Shown piece after piece: positions 46,887-57,178 of a stretch of DNA of 64,000 bases. The position numbers and the translations under genes are program-made. The stretch's first letter is position 1. Each line of letters opens with the position of its first letter. This stretch comes from Acidimicrobiales bacterium (GTDB taxonomy: Bacteria > Actinomycetota > Acidimicrobiia > Acidimicrobiales > SZUA-35), in contig OZ245048.1 in NCBI GenBank assembly GCA_965224435.1, positions 2,850,182 through 2,914,181 on the forward strand. Reading direction: 5' to 3'. A model generated the notes under the pieces. It had not been told where the DNA came from. It saw nothing but the letters and a program-made list of their open reading frames with translations, and did no database searches.

Positions 46887-47834
46887 TCACAGTCCGTAAA
46901 GCTGTTGTCCGTTTACCCAACTGGCAGTAGCCATCTCAGTTGCCACAATTTGTTGCAAATTTGCCACTTCTTTTCCAACAAAGGACACCAGAGCTGGTCG
47001 ATTGGGCTGACCGCGGTGGGGAACAGGAGTCAAGAAGGGCGAATCTGTCTCGATCAGGGTGCGGGCGGTTGGGGTCAGACGGGCTGCTTCTCTCAGCTCT
47101 TTGGCGCTGGGAAACGTCACGATGCCACTGAAGGAGAGAAACGCTCCACGCTCCAAACAAGCTTCTGCCTCGGCCGGGCCACCGGTGAAACAGTGGAAAA
47201 CCGTTCGCTCTGGCATGCCGACCTCGTCCAGTATCTCGAACGTCTCGGTCCAAGCTTCACGCGTGTGAATGACTAGGGCCATGTCCAGCCGTAGCGCCAT
47301 GTCGATTTGCAGACGGAAGACTTCGGCCTGTTCACGGCGTGGTGAGTTGTCATAGTGGAAGTCGAGTCCACATTCGCCAACAGCGACGACCTGGTCATCA
47401 GACAAGAGTTCTTCAAGACCGGCGACTCCGTCCTTGGCCTCGTGCGGATGTACCCCAGCAGTGGCCCAAACATTGTCAAAGCCACTGGCGATCTCGATCG
47501 CCCTCTTGCTATCAGCCACATCGCAGCCAACCGTGAGCATCCTGCTCACTCCCCCGTCAACCGCCTCGGCAACGACCTCAGCCGGGTCACGTTTCACCGT
47601 GGTCAGGTGGCAGTGATTGTCGAACCAGCCGCCTATCTGGGATTCCTCTGCCTCATCTTGCGTCTGGTTCGCGGCCTGCATCTCTTGAGGCTGCCCGGTC
47701 TCAGGCAGGACGGTTTCAGGCAGGACGGTCTCAGGCATCGGCATCCAGCTCGACCTTGGCGAAGAGCGGAGTCGGCTTGGCGATCGGAGTGCCGACGACC
47801 AGTGGTGCTCGTTGCCAGCCCTCGATGGGACCAA
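46887..47834 (-). CDS. tatD: TatD-family metal-dependent hydrolase
   Basis: WFDNHCHL ... VAVGECGLDFHY ... signatures. The N-terminal extension contains a PETVL x3 direct repeat. The 5' end overlaps the metG 3' end in the ORF-track model, and the true start is likely further downstream. Confidence 0.8.
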   Translation of the reverse strand: MVPSRAGNEHHWSSALRSPSRLRSSPRSSWMPMPETVLPETVLPETGQPQEMQAANQTQDEAEESQIGGWFDNHCHLTTVKRDPAEVVAEAVDGGVSRMLTVGCDVADSKRAIEIASGFDNVWATAGVHPHEAKDGVAGLEELLSDDQVVAVGECGLDFHYDNSPRREQAEVFRLQIDMALRLDMALVIHTREAWTETFEILDEVGMPERTVFHCFTGGPAEAEACLERGAFLSFSGIVTFPSAKELREAARLTPTARTLIETDSPFLTPVPHRGQPNRPALVSFVGKEVANLQQIVATEMATASWVNGQQLYGL

Positions 47835-49359
47835 GGATGTCGGAGATCTTGGCCGAGGTGAAGGGCAGGAACGGATCGAACATCACCCGCACGCCATTGA
47901 TCGCGCTCAAAGCAACGTGGAGCATGGTTCTACCACGCTCCTGATCGACCTTGATTACCTTCCACGGCTCGGTGGCATTGAGATAGGCGTTTACTGCCTG
48001 GGCGCTCGACATCGCACTGCGCAGAGCCGCCCGCAACTCGACCGCACTGATTTGGGCCGCGGCATCGATTATGGCGGCATCGACCAGATCCAGAAGGGCT
48101 TGGTCTTCATCGCTGTAGGAGCCAGGCTCAAGAATCTGTGCGTCACAACTCTTGTTGGTCATGGACAGGACCCGGTTAACCAGGTTCCCCCAGGTGGCGA
48201 CTAACTCTTCGTTTACTCGGCGCGCAATCTCCGGAACCGAAATTTCGGTGTCGGCTTGCTCGGGGAAGGCAGCAGCCAGGGCGTAACGAATGGCGTCGGG
48301 CTCGAACTGATCAAGAGCGTCTTGGATGGTGAGGCCAATTCCCCGACTGGATGAGGCCTTGCCACCCTTGAAGGTGACGTATTGATTTGCTGGCACATTC
48401 GTGGGCAGGTTGAGGCCGCCATAAGCCATCAATTGTGCGGGCCAGAAGATGGCGTGGAAGGGAATATTGTCCTTGCCAACGAAGTAGTAGGACTCGGCTT
48501 CTGGGTTCTCCCACCAGTGCTTCCAACGTTCGGGATCATCGGTCCCAGCTGCCCACTCTTTGGAGGCAGACAAATAGCCGATGACTGCGTCGTACCAGAC
48601 ATAGATCCGCTTGCCCTCACCCAGGTCATCAACCGGAAGATCAATGCCCCACTCGATGTCACGGGTGATAGCGCGATCGTGCAGGCCCTCTTCGATCCAA
48701 CCAAGAGCAAAGTTCAGTACGTGGTTGCGCCAGCCCTTCCGGGACTTCAGCCAGGTCCCCAACTCCGTTTGGAAATCCGACAGCTTGAAGTAGAAGTGCT
48801 CGGTTTCCCGAGGTTCGGGGGTTGCACCAGAGAGCTTGGAGCGGGGATTGATCAGGTCGATTGGATCGAGGGTGCGGCCACAATTGTCGCATTGATCGCC
48901 CCGAGCATCGGCGTAGTCACAGTTGGGACAGGTTCCTTCGACATATCGATCGGGAAGGAACCGCTGGGCTTCCGGATCATAGAATTGTTCGGAGATCCGC
49001 CTGTCGATGTGGCCGTTCTCCAGTTGCTTCATGAACATGTCTTGGGTGACGGCCGCATGGTTGGCGGTGCCGGTGCTGGTGTAGAGGTCCCACGAGATGC
49101 CAAGTTCCTCCCACTGGCGAACGAACTCATTGTGGTAGCGATCAACGATGTCCTGGGGCGTCACTCCTTCTTCATCGGCTCGAACGGTGATTGGGGTGCC
49201 GTGCACGTCAGAGCCGCTCACCATGAGCACCTCGTTGCCAATCCTTCGCTGGAAGCGGGCAAAGACATCGGCAGGCAGGTAGGCGCCACCGAGGTGGCCA
49301 ACGTGGCGTGAGCCAGAGGCATAGGGCCAAGCAACGGCTACCAGAATCGGTTTACTCAT
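47731..49359 (-). CDS. metG: Methionine--tRNA ligase
   Basis: 542 aa. HIGH-type motif AWPYASGSRHVGHLGG, zinc knuckle CPNCDYADARGDQCDNC, KMSKS-like region. Confidence 0.93.
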   Translation of the reverse strand: MSKPILVAVAWPYASGSRHVGHLGGAYLPADVFARFQRRIGNEVLMVSGSDVHGTPITVRADEEGVTPQDIVDRYHNEFVRQWEELGISWDLYTSTGTANHAAVTQDMFMKQLENGHIDRRISEQFYDPEAQRFLPDRYVEGTCPNCDYADARGDQCDNCGRTLDPIDLINPRSKLSGATPEPRETEHFYFKLSDFQTELGTWLKSRKGWRNHVLNFALGWIEEGLHDRAITRDIEWGIDLPVDDLGEGKRIYVWYDAVIGYLSASKEWAAGTDDPERWKHWWENPEAESYYFVGKDNIPFHAIFWPAQLMAYGGLNLPTNVPANQYVTFKGGKASSSRGIGLTIQDALDQFEPDAIRYALAAAFPEQADTEISVPEIARRVNEELVATWGNLVNRVLSMTNKSCDAQILEPGSYSDEDQALLDLVDAAIIDAAAQISAVELRAALRSAMSSAQAVNAYLNATEPWKVIKVDQERGRTMLHVALSAINGVRVMFDPFLPFTSAKISDILGPIEGWQRAPLVVGTPIAKPTPLFAKVELDADA

Positions 49360-49374
49360 AGGGGTGAAGCGTAG

Positions 49375-50646
49375 CTACACCGCTTGCCAGAGAGCTGGGG
49401 TTTTCTGGTCTTGGCTGCTTCGCGTCAAATACTCGTCGGGTAGGGGCGCTGGATTGCCTTCTTCCGCGGGCTCGGCAAGCTCGGCCAGGCGTCCATCACG
49501 GACCGATTCCAGCTTGTGTAGCTGCTTCTCAAACTGGCGGGTCCGGGGGCCAGTCAGATCGTCGAACCCCTTCTGGGCTGAAGTGAGCCCACGACCGATC
49601 TTCTCAACTGAGTCGCCAAATTTCTGCCATTGCTCACGCAAACCCCCGATAGAGGACAAGATCTCGTCGCTCCGCTTCTCGACCAGGAAGTTGTCGGCCG
49701 CCTGTCGGATCACGGCCAGTACCGCAAACAGGCTGGTGGGCGAGCAGAGAACGACCTTCTGGGCCAGAGCCAGATCGACGAGTTTGGGGTCATGCTCATG
49801 CAGGAACCCGTACACACTCTCGTTCGGGATGAACAGCAAGAGATAGTCAACCGTGGTCTCCGGGTCGATGTAGGCACGATCCCCCAACTCCTTCACTCGC
49901 TGGCGAACATCACGTCGAAACAGCTTCAGGTGCTGAGCCTTCGCCTCTCTGGTTTCCACCTCAAGCCAGCGAAGGTAGTTGTCAATCGGGAACTTCACGT
50001 CCATGTGGACCACCCGGTCCTGGGGGAGATTGAACGTGTAGTCGGGGATTCCACCGCCAGCCACCTGGGCCTGCTTGGAGTAGTTGATGCCATCGACGAA
50101 TCCAGCGAGCCGAAGCACGTCCTCGGCCATCCGCTCGCCCCATTGGCCACGAGCCTTGGGCGAAGCCAATGCTTGGCGAAGTGATTGGGTTGTCTCGGCC
50201 AGGGTGGTTGTTACGGCGAGAGCTTGCTCCATGCCAGCGACAAGCCTTCCGTCCTGCTCAGCCCGTTCTTGTTGCAGGCTGGTCACCAGGTCACCGACTC
50301 GCTTCAGCTCGTTTTGCAGCCCTTCGACCTGGTCAGCCACCATGCTGTGCTCACGATCGATGACCTGCTTACCGACGGTCATCTGATCCCCAAGCTTGGA
50401 CGAGGCGACAGTCAAGACGGTGTCCAGTGCTTGCTGCATCATCTCGGCCCGCTCACGTTGAGCGGCACCAAAGGCAGCACTAATGGCCTCAGACCGTTCT
50501 TCCTCGAGAAGTGCCGGGTCCAATGCCTGCGCCCCTTTGGGAGCACCTCGCTGAGCAACAACAAGGAACATAAGCAGAAGAACAGCGATCGCGACCAGGA
50601 GAAGCAGTGCGGGAAGAATCATGATGATGACCATAAAGACCGCCAC
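49375..50646 (-). CDS. rmuC: DNA recombination protein RmuC
   Basis: 423 aa. N-terminal TM, long coiled coil, and a C-terminal RmuC nuclease-like domain (VVHMDVKFPIDNY). Confidence 0.8.
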   Translation of the reverse strand: MAVFMVIIMILPALLLLVAIAVLLLMFLVVAQRGAPKGAQALDPALLEEERSEAISAAFGAAQRERAEMMQQALDTVLTVASSKLGDQMTVGKQVIDREHSMVADQVEGLQNELKRVGDLVTSLQQERAEQDGRLVAGMEQALAVTTTLAETTQSLRQALASPKARGQWGERMAEDVLRLAGFVDGINYSKQAQVAGGGIPDYTFNLPQDRVVHMDVKFPIDNYLRWLEVETREAKAQHLKLFRRDVRQRVKELGDRAYIDPETTVDYLLLFIPNESVYGFLHEHDPKLVDLALAQKVVLCSPTSLFAVLAVIRQAADNFLVEKRSDEILSSIGGLREQWQKFGDSVEKIGRGLTSAQKGFDDLTGPRTRQFEKQLHKLESVRDGRLAELAEPAEEGNPAPLPDEYLTRSSQDQKTPALWQAV

Positions 50647-50722
50647 TGACAGCGGCCTGGTCTCAGTCGCTTAGCAAGGTGCTTCTCCTAGCCAAAGGCA
50701 GTACGTCAGAGGCCAGTCATTG

Positions 50723-51124
50723 TTAGTCACGCCCGCGGAATCGTTGCATCTCTCGACGGTCCTTCTTGGTTGGTCGTCCAGCCCCAGGATCGCGAACCCC
50801 TGGATCGAATCCGGCAGCATCGTCGCCTCCAGGACCAGAGGAACGAGACGAGGTGACCACCGGCGGCGAATGATCGTCGTAGGCCTCAACCGCCAATGCC
50901 GCGCCTACTCGTTTCTCCAAAAGCGCAACCACCACATAGATCGTGGTTCGTTCCTTCAACCTGGCCTCGACCCGGTCACCAATCACCAGCTTGGTCGACG
51001 GCTTAGCGATCTCATCATTGACCCGAACCCTTCCCGATTTACAGCCTTCACTTGCCTGAGATCGGGTCTTGTACACCCGCACCGACCACAACCACTTGTC
51101 GACACGAACCGTTTGGGGCGCCAT
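50723..51124 (-). CDS. S4-domain RNA-binding protein (Hsp15/YlmH-like)
   Basis: 133 aa: VRVDKWLWSVRVYKTRSQASEGCKSGRVRVNDEIAKPSTKLVIGDRVE, an S4 fold. Confidence 0.7.
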   Translation of the reverse strand: MAPQTVRVDKWLWSVRVYKTRSQASEGCKSGRVRVNDEIAKPSTKLVIGDRVEARLKERTTIYVVVALLEKRVGAALAVEAYDDHSPPVVTSSRSSGPGGDDAAGFDPGVRDPGAGRPTKKDRREMQRFRGRD

Positions 51125-51126
51125 CG

Positions 51127-52149
51127 CTACTCTGCTATTCCCGTTGCACTTGTGCCCTCTGCACTCGCGTTCCCTGTCGCTATGTCGTCTGAGCTAGCCG
51201 AAACAGGACTGCCCGAAACACGATCAGTCAGCAGCCGGTAGACCCGATTCTTCCCAACGCCGGTACTGGCAACAACCGTCATCACCGCGTCCCGGCGAGA
51301 CGACCCCGAATCCAGCTCGGCTTGCAAGAGCACGACCAGCTCATCATCAGTCGCTTCGGCGGCTGGTTCTCGACCAGCAACAACAATGACGAACTCGCCT
51401 CTCGGCTCGGTCTCGGAGAAGTGTTGGATGAGTTCGGCGATAGAGCCTCGAACCACCTGCTCATGCAGCTTTGTGAGCTCACGAGCCAGGGCTACCTGGT
51501 GCTGAGCTCCACAGTGTTGCTCAAGATCTCGAAGAGTCGCCTTGATCCTCTTTGGTGATTCATAGAAGACGACCGTCCGTGACGACTGGGCGATCTCATC
51601 CAGTTGGGTGGCCCGCTCCTTTCCCTTACGAGCAAGGAACCCTTCGAAGCTGAAACGCGAAGAACTCAGACCACTCAGAACCAGCGCGGAGATAACCGCT
51701 GTTGGGCCAGGAACCACTTCAAGCAAACATCCGTTGCTGATTGCCTGCTGGATCAACCGCTGACCGGGATCGGAGACCCCAGGCATGCCAGCATCGGTGA
51801 TCAGGGCAAACCGTTCACCGGCCTGGATTCGCCGTACGACCTCGGCCGCCACTCGGGCTTCGGTGTGCTCATTGGCAACGATGTACGGCTTCTTCGGAAG
51901 ACCTAGCTGTTGAAGGAGTCTTCCCGAACGGCGCGTGTCTTCACAAATGATGACATCGACGCTCGACAAGGCTGCCTTTCCACGTTCGGAAAAGTCAGCA
52001 AGGTTCCCGATCGGGGTTCCGACGACTAGCAATGCCCCGGGCGACCGTGGGACGCCAGCTTGCTCAGCCCCCGTCACGGATCTCCAACTCATCGCCAATC
52101 TTGAGTTCCCACTGGCCAAAGGCACCGGCTTCAGCTTCAAGCACGGCAC
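51127..52149 (-). CDS. rsmI: 16S rRNA (cytidine1402-2'-O)-methyltransferase RsmI
   Basis: LLVVGTPIGNLADFSERGKAALSSVDVIICEDTRRSGRLL, a TP-methylase fold. The start is probably at the internal M near 52092. Confidence 0.85.
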   Translation of the reverse strand: MPCLKLKPVPLASGNSRLAMSWRSVTGAEQAGVPRSPGALLVVGTPIGNLADFSERGKAALSSVDVIICEDTRRSGRLLQQLGLPKKPYIVANEHTEARVAAEVVRRIQAGERFALITDAGMPGVSDPGQRLIQQAISNGCLLEVVPGPTAVISALVLSGLSSSRFSFEGFLARKGKERATQLDEIAQSSRTVVFYESPKRIKATLRDLEQHCGAQHQVALARELTKLHEQVVRGSIAELIQHFSETEPRGEFVIVVAGREPAAEATDDELVVLLQAELDSGSSRRDAVMTVVASTGVGKNRVYRLLTDRVSGSPVSASSDDIATGNASAEGTSATGIAE

Positions 52150-52438
52150 GAGCCCGCCACATTGGTGCGGTAACTCGATGGCGACGAACCCGCAGAGTCT
52201 TGATCACCACGAAGTCCTCGTCCAATAAGGCAACATCGAGATCAAACCTCATGCCAATCGTGTGAATCGAACGAGCAGGTTGGATGAGGATCGCTCCCTC
52301 CAGCCCACGTCGACCAAGCAGGCCCTTGGCTTTTCCTTTGCGACCAACAGGGATTTCGAGCGAGGCAAGCACGCGGCCTTCACGGACAAGCCAGCAGGGT
52401 TCCGGCGCCTCATGTGATGCCACCTCTCCAAAACCCAT
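52064..52438 (-). CDS. DUF192-family protein
   Basis: 124 aa with a DUF192-like core (GLLGRRGLEGAILIQPARSIHTIGMRFDLDVALLDEDFVVIKT). Confidence 0.55.
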   Translation of the reverse strand: MGFGEVASHEAPEPCWLVREGRVLASLEIPVGRKGKAKGLLGRRGLEGAILIQPARSIHTIGMRFDLDVALLDEDFVVIKTLRVRRHRVTAPMWRARAVLEAEAGAFGQWELKIGDELEIRDGG

Positions 52439-52447
52439 GTCGCTCCC

Positions 52448-52495
52448 TGTTGTCTGAGTGCTGTGTTGTCTGAGTGCTGTGCTGTCTACGTGCGG
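52448..52495. repeat. Tandem repeat of a 16-bp unit tgttgtctgagtgctg, x2 plus a degenerate third copy
   Basis: Direct reading. It lies between the DUF192 gene start and the ychF stop (cta at 52502-52504). Confidence 0.8.
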
Positions 52496-52501
52496 CTCGG
52501 C

Positions 52502-53578
52502 CTAGGTGCTGTGCCGGATGTCCAGCACATCACCGTCTTGCACAATGTAGTCCTTGCCTTCTTGGCGAATCTTGCCAACCTCTTTGGCTTTTGCCCATGA
52601 TCCGTGTTCCAAGAGCTCATCCCAACGAATCGTCTCCGCCTTGATGAATCCTCGTTCCAAGTCGGAATGGATTTTGCCGGCACAAACCGGAGCCGTCGAT
52701 CCAACCCGATAGGTCCACGCTCTGGTTTCTTGCTCGCCAGTGGTGAGGAAGGTTCTCAAGCCAAGCACGTGATAGGCCTGCTGGATGAACTGGGGCAACG
52801 CTCCTTCGCCCAGTCCCAAGGCTTCGAGCATTTCGGCGCGGTCTTCTTCATCCAACTGGGCGGCTTCAGCCTCAAGCTGGATGCTGGCACCAAAGACAGA
52901 AGCGATCTCACCAAGCTCGGCCTTCACCGGAGCAATAACAGACTCGATCTCTCCCAACTGTTCTTCGCCGACATTGACAATGGCCAGCACCGGCTTGTTG
53001 GTGAGAAGGAACCACGGCTTGAGTTCTTCACGGTGCTCGTCGCTGAGGTCACTGCGATAGATCGGTATTCCTTCTTCGAGAATCGCCAAGGCAGCCTCAG
53101 CGGCATCAACCTCGGGTTGCAGCGATGCATCAGCTCGCGCTGCCTTTCGCTTCTTGTAAATCTGTTTCTCGACCACATCAAGGTCCGCCAGCGTCAGCTC
53201 GATTTCGAGGATGCGGAGATGCTCCAACGGGTCACTCGGCCCAGGCACGTCATCGTCCTCAAAAGCTCGCAGCACAAAAACAATGGCATCGACTTCGCGT
53301 ATGCCAGCCAAGAACTTGTTGCCAAGTCCCTCACCCTTGCTCGCACCCTCGACCAGGCCCCCAATGTCATTGAACTGGACCGAGGCGTGCACGATCTTCT
53401 TGGTCTTGCTCATGATCGACAGCGCATCCAACCGCTTGTCAAAGACTTTTGCCACTCCGACATTGGGGTCAGTAGTGGCAAAGGCGTAGGGGGCAGCCAA
53501 AGCGCTCCCACCAGTCAGTGCGTTGTAGAGCGACGATTTTCCTGCGTTGGGCAAGCCAACAAATCCAAACTTTTCCAT
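52502..53578 (-). CDS. ychF: Redox-regulated ribosome-binding ATPase YchF (Obg-family GTPase)
   Basis: 358 aa: GFVGLPNAGKSSLYNALT, with a C-terminal TGS domain. Confidence 0.92.
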   Translation of the reverse strand: MEKFGFVGLPNAGKSSLYNALTGGSALAAPYAFATTDPNVGVAKVFDKRLDALSIMSKTKKIVHASVQFNDIGGLVEGASKGEGLGNKFLAGIREVDAIVFVLRAFEDDDVPGPSDPLEHLRILEIELTLADLDVVEKQIYKKRKAARADASLQPEVDAAEAALAILEEGIPIYRSDLSDEHREELKPWFLLTNKPVLAIVNVGEEQLGEIESVIAPVKAELGEIASVFGASIQLEAEAAQLDEEDRAEMLEALGLGEGALPQFIQQAYHVLGLRTFLTTGEQETRAWTYRVGSTAPVCAGKIHSDLERGFIKAETIRWDELLEHGSWAKAKEVGKIRQEGKDYIVQDGDVLDIRHST

Positions 53579-53695
53579 ACGTCGTGCAGGCTAGGTCTGA
53601 AGTGAGCCTCCGCCTCCCCCGACACAACAAGTCCGAAAGCTTCAATCCGCCATCGAAACAGCCAGCCACCCGATGCCTCTCCTAACCTGGTCTGG

Positions 53696-54802
53696 GTGAG
53701 CATCAATCCAACATCGGAAATCACCTCGCATCTGGATGCCATCGATCGAGTCATCTATTGTCTGGATCGCTCGCTGGCACCGGTTCAGAAGACACGCGCC
53801 TTCAGCAAAGGGCGGGCGATTCTCGCCGCAATCGAACCTGCAGAACTTCGCCAGCTTGCCGAATCCAACTCACTCACCAAGCTGGATGGGATCGGCAAGT
53901 CCTTGGCCTCTGTTGCTTCTGCCGCCCTGCTCGGTCAGCCAAACACCTACCTCGAGGAGCTGGAAGCGAGAACGAAGATTGAAATCGAGGGTGGTCTCGA
54001 TCTACGACAGCAGTATCGCGGCGACTGCCACAGCCACTCGACCTGGTCCGACGGCGGTGCTTCAATCCTGACAATGGCATTGGCAGCACGAGATCTCGGA
54101 CACTCCTATCTCGTCCTCACCGACCACTCGGCTCGCCTCACCATTGCTCACGGACTTTCTGAAGAGCGACTGGAGAAGCAATTGGCGGAAATCCAATCGA
54201 TCAATGAGGGACTTGCGGCCCAGGAAACAGAACAGCCATTGGCACAACCAGATGGGCCATTTCGGATTCTGAGTGGGATGGAGGTCGACATTCTGGAAGA
54301 TGGCACCTTGGATTTGTCCGATGAGATGCTCAGCAAGCTCGACATTGTCGTAGCGTCCGCCCACTCCAAACTGGCTCAACCTTCAGACGTCATGACCAAG
54401 CGACTCGTTCGGGCGGTCGCGAACCCCCACGTGGACATCCTGGGACATTGCACCAATCGCAAGGTCATTCCCGATCAGCGGGCTCGACGTGGCGGCGGAA
54501 CCCGCAAGCAAAGCACTTTTGATCCCGACTATGTCTTTGCTGCCTGCGCCAAATACCGCACTGCGGTCGAGATTAATTGCCGGCCCGAACGACAAGATCC
54601 GCCCGACGATCTCCTGGACATCGCTCTGGGCTGGGATTGCGAGATCGCCATCAACTCCGACGCCCACGCGCCAGGCCAGCTGGAGTGGATCAACTATGGC
54701 TGTGAGAAGGCCGAACAGCACCACATCGATCCCGACCGAATTCTGAATCTGCTATCAGCGGATGAACTGATTGCCCGGGGGCAACCGGATTCATCCTCCT
54801 GA
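53696..54802 (+). CDS. PHP-domain phosphoesterase with an N-terminal HhH-like region (PolX-family C-terminal-domain-like)
   Basis: 368 aa. Has the CHSHSTWSDGG and LVLTDHS PHP metal-binding motifs. Confidence 0.65.
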   Translation: MSINPTSEITSHLDAIDRVIYCLDRSLAPVQKTRAFSKGRAILAAIEPAELRQLAESNSLTKLDGIGKSLASVASAALLGQPNTYLEELEARTKIEIEGGLDLRQQYRGDCHSHSTWSDGGASILTMALAARDLGHSYLVLTDHSARLTIAHGLSEERLEKQLAEIQSINEGLAAQETEQPLAQPDGPFRILSGMEVDILEDGTLDLSDEMLSKLDIVVASAHSKLAQPSDVMTKRLVRAVANPHVDILGHCTNRKVIPDQRARRGGGTRKQSTFDPDYVFAACAKYRTAVEINCRPERQDPPDDLLDIALGWDCEIAINSDAHAPGQLEWINYGCEKAEQHHIDPDRILNLLSADELIARGQPDSSS

Positions 54803-54803
54803 G

Positions 54804-57056
54804 CTATCGGACCCCGGCTGTCTCACCGAAACCAACCGCAATCAGCTCCCGCAAATCCTCGGCCGCTACGGCTCCGGCGTACAGGAATCCTTGTGCCAGG
54901 TGACAGCCAACCGCCTGAAGCGCGTTCACTTGATCCAAGCTTTCGACACCAAGGGCAATGGTGGTGATCCCAACAGCGTTGGCGGCCGAAACCAATTCGG
55001 CAACACGATCCTGTCCAGCCGAACTTGCCGCCGTGGTGATGGAGCGATGCAGCTTCACATAGTCGACAGGCAGGGTCTCAAGCAAGGTAGTTGACGACAT
55101 CAAGCTGCCAAAACCGTCGACACCGAGGCTGAACCTTGGTCGCACCAATTCAGCTAGCCGCAAGAAGGCGCCACGGTTATCCTCGACGACGGATTCGGGA
55201 ACCTCGACCGCGATTCGACCAGCAGGAATACCCGGATCCTCAGCCAACCTGATGAGGGTTTGCAGAAGAGCCTCATCTTCAAGTTGGGTCCCCGAGAGGT
55301 TCACCATGACTTGAAAATTCGCTTCGCTGGATCGGAGTAGATCCGAAAGCTGCTCGTTTACACCCTCGACAACGAGTGAACCAAGAGCACCCATCAGACC
55401 ACTGTGCTCGGCGGCAGTAATCACTTCCATGGCGGACAGTCCTACCTCGCCACCAAGGCGCAACAGAGCTTCAGCACCGACCACAGCACCAGTCGGCATG
55501 TCTACGACTGCTTGGTAGGCGAAACGCACATCACGCCGGTCGATTGCTCGCCGAAGTTGGCGCTCGACGACGAGTAATCGCTGAGATCGTGCTCTCAATT
55601 CCTCGTCATGGACAGCGACTCGGTTTCGGCCCCGGCCTTTGGCCAGGTAAACGGCTGTTTCAGCAGCACTCAGTAGCTCATCGCCGCTCTGGCCGCTCTC
55701 AGCCAATGCCACCCCGATGCTGGCGGTGAGGGCAAGGGCATGGCCAAGGTCGGACAGGGTGGCCACCGCTAGCCGCACTCGGTCAGCCAGCTCTTCCGCA
55801 CTACCACTGCGGCCCAATTCTGAGGCAACAATCACGAACTCATCTGAGGGAAGCCGGAAGAACAGATCTGTTTCTCGCATCGTGGACCGAATGGTGTCGC
55901 TTACGACTTCAAGAAGGCGCAGGGCCTCGATGTTTCCAACGAGGTCGTGCACGACCTTGAAGCGATCCAGGTCCACATAGAGGACTGCGACCTTGTGTGC
56001 TTTCGAGTCTCCGGTGCTCGCAGCTGTTGCTTCTGACGCCAGCTGGAGGGCCGCATCGATAACCCCAATGACTTCGACTCGGTCTGTTACCTGGGTACCG
56101 CCAGTTGCCCCTTCAATGGCGACGACAGTGACGAAGCTGACGCCCATCTTGGTTGCTGCCCCGATCAGGAGCAGTTCGACGAGTTCCTTGGTGCCATCCG
56201 AGAGCAACATGCCACGATTCCGCTGCCAGGATTCATCAATCTCAGGTAGGAGGGCTTCGTCGTCACCGGCCTCAGCAGACCAATGGGAGTCGAGCAATTC
56301 TTGGACCCCGAAACGTGACGTCCAGCCCTCACTGCTCCAGAGAATCTGTCCACTTGACCGGTCAACGACGGCCATCGAAAGGCCGACGGCGGCAACCGCA
56401 ACCGATAGCCCTTCAATCACCATCTCCGCCGTTAAGTCGGGTTGGATCGAAGGATCTAGTCCGTCGGACTCCCGATTCATGTAGGACTGAGTGAGCGCTC
56501 CGTCCCCAAGCAAGCGAGAGTCCATCCGCCGGTCACCACCTGCAGAAGTCTCTTCCGACGACTTCCAGTCTGGCAACGAGCCGCTCGCTGATTCGTTCGT
56601 AGCTAATCCCGGCTCAATGTCGGTCAAGTCAGCAGCCGACAGCTCATCCAGGTTCTCGGCTTCCTCAAAAGACTCGAGCACCTCCGGAAGTGGCTCATCC
56701 GATGGCCCCGCAAGCGCCTCAGGAACAGCAAGCGCCTCAGGAACAGCAAGCGCCTCAGGAACAGCAAGCGCCTCAGGAACAGCAAGCGCCTCAGGAACAG
56801 TGCTGCCCGCCACGACTTCCGCGGTCTCAGTGGCTAAGACTTCAGCATCCAAGGCGTCCATCGACGAAGCGAGTGCCTCAAGCTCAGCGGGGTCCAGAGT
56901 CTCTGCTTCCTCACCCTCAGGCACAACCCGATCAGTCGCCCCACGAACTCTCGCATCCCAGCTTCGAACCACAACGGCTCCCTTGTCGTTTCCAAACTGC
57001 ACCTGGCAGCCCGCCTCAGGAATCAATTCCCGAACCGGACCAACAAATTCAGCCAC
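54804..57056 (-). CDS. Cytoplasmic c-di-GMP phosphodiesterase with a degenerate GGDEF domain, an EAL domain and an N-terminal (VPEALA)x5 repeat
   Basis: 750 aa. Degenerate RLPSDEFVIV in place of GGDEF. EAL signatures (EALLRL, EVPESVV). PAS-like region. Perfect 18-bp x5 tandem repeat in the DNA at about 56700-56790. Confidence 0.8.
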   Translation of the reverse strand: MAEFVGPVRELIPEAGCQVQFGNDKGAVVVRSWDARVRGATDRVVPEGEEAETLDPAELEALASSMDALDAEVLATETAEVVAGSTVPEALAVPEALAVPEALAVPEALAVPEALAGPSDEPLPEVLESFEEAENLDELSAADLTDIEPGLATNESASGSLPDWKSSEETSAGGDRRMDSRLLGDGALTQSYMNRESDGLDPSIQPDLTAEMVIEGLSVAVAAVGLSMAVVDRSSGQILWSSEGWTSRFGVQELLDSHWSAEAGDDEALLPEIDESWQRNRGMLLSDGTKELVELLLIGAATKMGVSFVTVVAIEGATGGTQVTDRVEVIGVIDAALQLASEATAASTGDSKAHKVAVLYVDLDRFKVVHDLVGNIEALRLLEVVSDTIRSTMRETDLFFRLPSDEFVIVASELGRSGSAEELADRVRLAVATLSDLGHALALTASIGVALAESGQSGDELLSAAETAVYLAKGRGRNRVAVHDEELRARSQRLLVVERQLRRAIDRRDVRFAYQAVVDMPTGAVVGAEALLRLGGEVGLSAMEVITAAEHSGLMGALGSLVVEGVNEQLSDLLRSSEANFQVMVNLSGTQLEDEALLQTLIRLAEDPGIPAGRIAVEVPESVVEDNRGAFLRLAELVRPRFSLGVDGFGSLMSSTTLLETLPVDYVKLHRSITTAASSAGQDRVAELVSAANAVGITTIALGVESLDQVNALQAVGCHLAQGFLYAGAVAAEDLRELIAVGFGETAGVR

Positions 57057-57178
57057 TACTCGTCAAACTTGTTCTACCTGTCGGCTCCTCCAGCCCAGAA
57101 TCAAGCCCGACTCCCCCAGGAACCCCCCTCGCAAGAAGAGGGGGAGAACGGTTGTTGAGTCGCTAGCCTCACTGACCT

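Noticed and set aside
48382-49311. 309-aa plus-strand ORF antisense to metG
   Set aside because: Shadow ORF of a highly conserved aaRS gene.
52604-53605. 333-aa plus-strand ORF antisense to ychF
   Set aside because: Shadow ORF. ychF on the minus strand is conserved end to end.
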